Origin: Gemmatales bacterium
GTDB taxonomy: Bacteria > Planctomycetota > Planctomycetia > Gemmatales > HRBIN36
Direction of reading: 5' to 3'
Assembly: GCA_041640595.1 (NCBI GenBank)
Contig: JBEPZY010000001.1
Span: 928,001 to 992,000 of the forward strand
DNA: 64,000 bases
The notes under the pieces are model-generated. The model was not told the DNA's origin. It did not search any database and was given only the letters and a program-made list of their open reading frames with translations. The translations under genes and the position numbers were made by a program. This document shows positions 61,001 through 64,000 of the stretch, piece after piece; within the stretch, counting starts at the first letter, position 1, and the number at the start of each line of letters is the position of its first letter.

Positions 61001-64000
61001 TGGATGGACCAGGGGCAGGCATTGCACTGATTAACGTGGATACCACCAACGGGACCTGGGAATATTCGCTGGACGGTGGAGTTACCTGGAGTCCGGTGAT
61101 CGGCGTCAGTTTCACCAATGCGTTGCTGCTGCCCAGCACCGCCAGGCTCCGCTTTATCCCGCTGCCTGATTTCAACGGCTCGATGCCCAACGCGATCACT
61201 TTCCACGCTTGGGATCAATCTTCCGGCACCGCAGGTAGCACAGTGGATTTGACCGGATTACTTGGCGGCAGCAATGCCTTCAGCGTGAACTCGGAAACGG
61301 CGAGTCTGACCGTCCTGCCTGTCAACGACGCTCCCACGGTGTTGAGTGTTACCACGAACTGGACGAATCCCCTCACCGAAGACAGCTTCCCGCCCTATCC
61401 GCAAATTACGCTGACGAATTTGCAACCCGGCGGCGGGTCCGATGAAGCGGGCCAGCTTCTCAGCGTCAGCGCCAGCCTTCTGAATGGCACCAGCATTACG
61501 GGCACGTTCCAGTATAGCACCGACGGCGGGGCGACCTTCACAGCAACACCGCCGACAGGACTTGCTGCTGGAGCGAATGTCATCGTGCGGTTCATCCCCA
61601 ACCCGGATGTCAACGGCAGCGATACGATCGTCGTCGTTATCCAGGATAACGGCGGCACGGCTAACGGCGGACTGGATACATCAAGTGTTACCCGAACCAT
61701 CGTGATTGACCCGGTCAATGATCCGCCGGTGCTGGTCAACAATGGCCCGGCCAGCGTGAACGAAGGGGGGAGCATCACCATCACCAACGCGCTCCTGCTG
61801 ACCACAGACGTGGATCATGCTCCGAACCAGCTCACTTATACATTGACACTTCGCCCGGTCAACGGCACCCTCTTGAAAAACGGTAATCCCATACCTCTGG
61901 GCGGTACGTTCACCCAGCAGGACATTGCCGACGGCTTGATTGTTTACGAACATGACGGTTCCGAAACCACTAGCGACCTGTTCCAGTTCACCGTCCAGGA
62001 TGCCGCTGGCGCTTCGCCTCCTGGTGGGCCTTTCACCTTCAACATCACCGTCAATCCGGTCAACGATCCGCCCGTGGTCGGCACGATTATTCCGAACCCG
62101 GTGAATCTCGTCGAGGACTCATTCGCAGTTCCCGTCCAGGTGTTGATTACCGGCATTGACCCGGTCGAGCTAGGGCAGATTATCCTGTCGGTGAATGCGA
62201 ATACCTCAAACGCATCCATCACCGGCCCGGTATCGGTTACTTATCCTTATCTCGGTGACCCGACCCAAGCGCTCATCGAATTTGTGCCGCCGGCCAACGC
62301 ATTTGGCTCGGCCAATCTGCTGGTTACCATTCAGGATAACGGTGGCGGTTCGGATACGAGCACGATCGTCATCCCGGTCAACATTAGTCCCGTCAACGAT
62401 CCGCCCGCTCTGGTCAACAACAATCCGCTCACGGTCAACGAGGGAGGCACGGGAATCATCGCCTCCACGCTCTTATTGGCGACTGACGTGGACAACCCCG
62501 TTGGGCAAATTATCTATGAACTCGCAACTTTGCCGAGCAATGGCCGGGTGTTGCTTAATGGCACCCCGCTTAATGTCGGGGATACGTTTACCCAGGCAGA
62601 TATTAACGCCAGTCGGGTTCGCTACCAGCACAATGGCAGTGAGACACTGACCGACAACTTCACCTTCAATCTCCGCGATGCCAACGGTGCTTCTGGTGGC
62701 AGCTTTACCTTCAGCATCAATATCAACCCCATCAACGATCCGCCCAGCGTGGATCTGAACGGCAGCGCCCCTGGCGTAGATTTCACCGCCACCTTCAACC
62801 AACCCGGACCGGGCAGCGTCTTCATTGTGAACACAACCGGCCTGACAGTAAGCGATCCCGATAGTCCCACGCTGGCATTCGCTCGCATCGTTTTGACCAA
62901 CCGACCCGATGGCAGCAACGAAGACCTGATCGTTACCTTACCCTCCGGTAGCCCATTGACTGTAACGCCTTACAATCCGACCACCGGCGAACTATTGATC
63001 ACCGGACCTGGTACCCTGGCCGATTACCAGGCCGCCCTGCGAACCCTGCAATATCGTAACAACAAGACTTTCCCCAATCTGACCACGCGCATTATCACGG
63101 TGGAAGTGAACGACGGTACGGTAACCGGTCCCGTAGCAACGGCGCGGGTGGTTTTTAGTGGAGCGGCGTTACCGGTGGTGGATTTGAATGGGGCTGCTCC
63201 TGGTCGAGACAATACGGTCAATCTGTCCAACACATCAGTTCTGATCGCTCCCGCTGGCACCGTACAGGATATAGACAGCCCAGTTTTGCGGCGGATGGTA
63301 GTGCGGCTGATGAATCGGCCCAACGCCCTGGCCGAATCCCTCACTTTTACCTCCAGCGGTGGCATCGTCGGCTTTTACAATCCGGCGACCGGCGTTCTGG
63401 AATTGAGCGGGCCGGCCACCCTGGCTGCCTTCCAGACCGTCTTGCGATCGGTCCGTTACGAGAACACCGCTGCCATCCCCGATCCTACTCCACGCACGAT
63501 TCAGGTGTTTGCCAACGACGGGTACAACAATGGCCCCGTTGCCACGGTAATCGTGAACTTCGGCCCGATCCTGGTTCGGCCAATTGCGGGTGGTGGACAA
63601 TCGCTGATCGTTGTGGGCACGAACGGCGACGACCAGATTTTCGTCTCGCCGGCCGGGGCTACCAGTTTCCGAGTGGCACGGAACGGCTCGATTCTCGGCA
63701 CCTTTAGCCGCAGCACCTACCAACGGGTAGTCCTGTTCGGTCTGAATGGCAATGATCGGCTGGAAGTTGAGCGAACGCTGCCTCTCAACGCCATTCTGGT
63801 GGGCGGTTCCGGAAACGATGTGCTGCTGGGCGGCGCTGGCAACGACATTATCCTCGGTGGCGCTGGTAATGATCAGCTCTATGGTCGCATTGGCCGCGAC
63901 ATCCTCATTGGCGGAGCCGGTGCAGATATCCTCTACGGACACGATCCCGGTAGCGGCGCGGTCGGCGACGACCAGGACATTCTGATTGGCGATAGCACCA
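58027..64000 (+). CDS. Giant extracellular adhesin-like protein (partial, >1990 aa): LExLExR leader, Asp-box beta-propeller, cadherin/CSPG-like repeats, RTX Ca-binding repeats
   Basis: GGAGGG SD then ATG 58027 (MLRWLARWW...FRPQLETLEERTVP). No in-frame stop was found up to the window end. Contains SxDGGxTW boxes, six (V/I)NDxP junctions, TFTQQDI...YEHDGSET repeats and GGAGNDxLx nonapeptides. Confidence 0.9.
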   Translation, partial: MLRWLARWWSGRRRTASAQTVGRRSRRSRASRFRPQLETLEERTVPSTSIPLNPLTWAHFGPAPIQAFGQPTNPLAGRVNAVAAHPTNPNIYYLATDGGGVWKTTNGGTTWTWITNQPNLPSQVIGAIAVAPTNPNVIYAGTGRADFSVDSRYGQGLYVSTDGGNTWFVTDGDSDPDGPAGTDTNLRDGPFFRRVITAIAVDPTNASTVYVALTEVGMTHQRTTATDDTRSGIYKSTDGGRTWTNITWDKIVDLSSSTVSAVNLYFSDVLVRPDNPNVVFAAVGDPRGSDLNGLWKSSDGGNSWTRVLSFPSGKFEPRVGVIDLAISQSNPNIMAAVITDAGSRPDGALYRVLRTTNGGTTWTLATNLPASPPINHRHARIAIHPFNPNIMYLAGDSGPNSLLLSPNGGSLWQDISSAGTNPPHPGHNFLAFDANSRLLVGNNGGIWRFDGTAWSNLNATLSITNVNKVGVSFFNQDILFAGTAYNGLIRFDDGVGWTTPMITNLTSPNYADAGEIIVDPLNPSVVYAIHLESSPNPLYFRIMASTDGGFTFQPLNLSETLAYGRYSLLDVTFDIRPYYPFFVIDPSFEALYSNAIAAGARGRLVLAGIHGGNPSYVFAGGTPSAPITAFATYQSATNPSGNPERGWFTKADGGVDTSTGPILGPSPWVSVTPFPGFQGRWSDIAISGSDPVDQGTAYIVADAFRDEGLPNGQVYVTTDAGVTWIPIGQGLPDTPIQSIVVEARRPGFLDDILYVATDQGVYRGFYEPTTAQWIWTRFWDNLPDLLVTDLDFNPYYNQLFASTWGKGVYGVLINQNLPPMVAPLPPQTVSEDPPLPLVFSSGTGNQIVVADPDAEASPLRVTLTVSNGKLTLASNAGLTFLAGDGNADATMTFEGTLTAINNALNGLEYMPNPDFSGTETLIITVNDLGHNGPGGPQTTTATIMINVTPVNDAPVLDASGNPFLDDIREDDVANSGTRISDLLARTAGVTDVDGPGAGIALINVDTTNGTWEYSLDGGVTWSPVIGVSFTNALLLPSTARLRFIPLPDFNGSMPNAITFHAWDQSSGTAGSTVDLTGLLGGSNAFSVNSETASLTVLPVNDAPTVLSVTTNWTNPLTEDSFPPYPQITLTNLQPGGGSDEAGQLLSVSASLLNGTSITGTFQYSTDGGATFTATPPTGLAAGANVIVRFIPNPDVNGSDTIVVVIQDNGGTANGGLDTSSVTRTIVIDPVNDPPVLVNNGPASVNEGGSITITNALLLTTDVDHAPNQLTYTLTLRPVNGTLLKNGNPIPLGGTFTQQDIADGLIVYEHDGSETTSDLFQFTVQDAAGASPPGGPFTFNITVNPVNDPPVVGTIIPNPVNLVEDSFAVPVQVLITGIDPVELGQIILSVNANTSNASITGPVSVTYPYLGDPTQALIEFVPPANAFGSANLLVTIQDNGGGSDTSTIVIPVNISPVNDPPALVNNNPLTVNEGGTGIIASTLLLATDVDNPVGQIIYELATLPSNGRVLLNGTPLNVGDTFTQADINASRVRYQHNGSETLTDNFTFNLRDANGASGGSFTFSININPINDPPSVDLNGSAPGVDFTATFNQPGPGSVFIVNTTGLTVSDPDSPTLAFARIVLTNRPDGSNEDLIVTLPSGSPLTVTPYNPTTGELLITGPGTLADYQAALRTLQYRNNKTFPNLTTRIITVEVNDGTVTGPVATARVVFSGAALPVVDLNGAAPGRDNTVNLSNTSVLIAPAGTVQDIDSPVLRRMVVRLMNRPNALAESLTFTSSGGIVGFYNPATGVLELSGPATLAAFQTVLRSVRYENTAAIPDPTPRTIQVFANDGYNNGPVATVIVNFGPILVRPIAGGGQSLIVVGTNGDDQIFVSPAGATSFRVARNGSILGTFSRSTYQRVVLFGLNGNDRLEVERTLPLNAILVGGSGNDVLLGGAGNDIILGGAGNDQLYGRIGRDILIGGAGADILYGHDPGSGAVGDDQDILIGDST

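Overview
About 64 kb of chromosomal DNA from a planctomycete, probably Gemmatales-like. This is inferred from the PVC-type CxxCH dehydrogenases, a YTV-type Cys-rich protein, a BBP7 barrel and LExLExR extracellular leaders. Housekeeping genes are rho (5' truncated), infC-rpmI-rplT-pheS-pheT (infC starts with ATT), lptD, lptF/G, gatB and mutL, mixed with metabolic genes and many envelope/secreted proteins. Main points of interest: (1) a 1.44-kb array of 17 regularly spaced REP-like hairpins built as a 264-bp higher-order repeat; (2) an envelope neighbourhood with a symmetric Cys-rich YTV repeat protein and a lower-GC pair of an SdrD-like surface protein plus a BBP7 barrel carrying a Cys/Pro-rich arm; (3) an orphan membrane protein with an internal twin-arginine signal ahead of a 10-Cys domain; (4) a >1990-codon adhesin-like ORF that the supplied ORF track misses because it runs off the window end. 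No tRNA, rRNA, CRISPR-Cas, transposase or prophage gene was recognised. Family assignments come from motif recognition by eye, not database searches.
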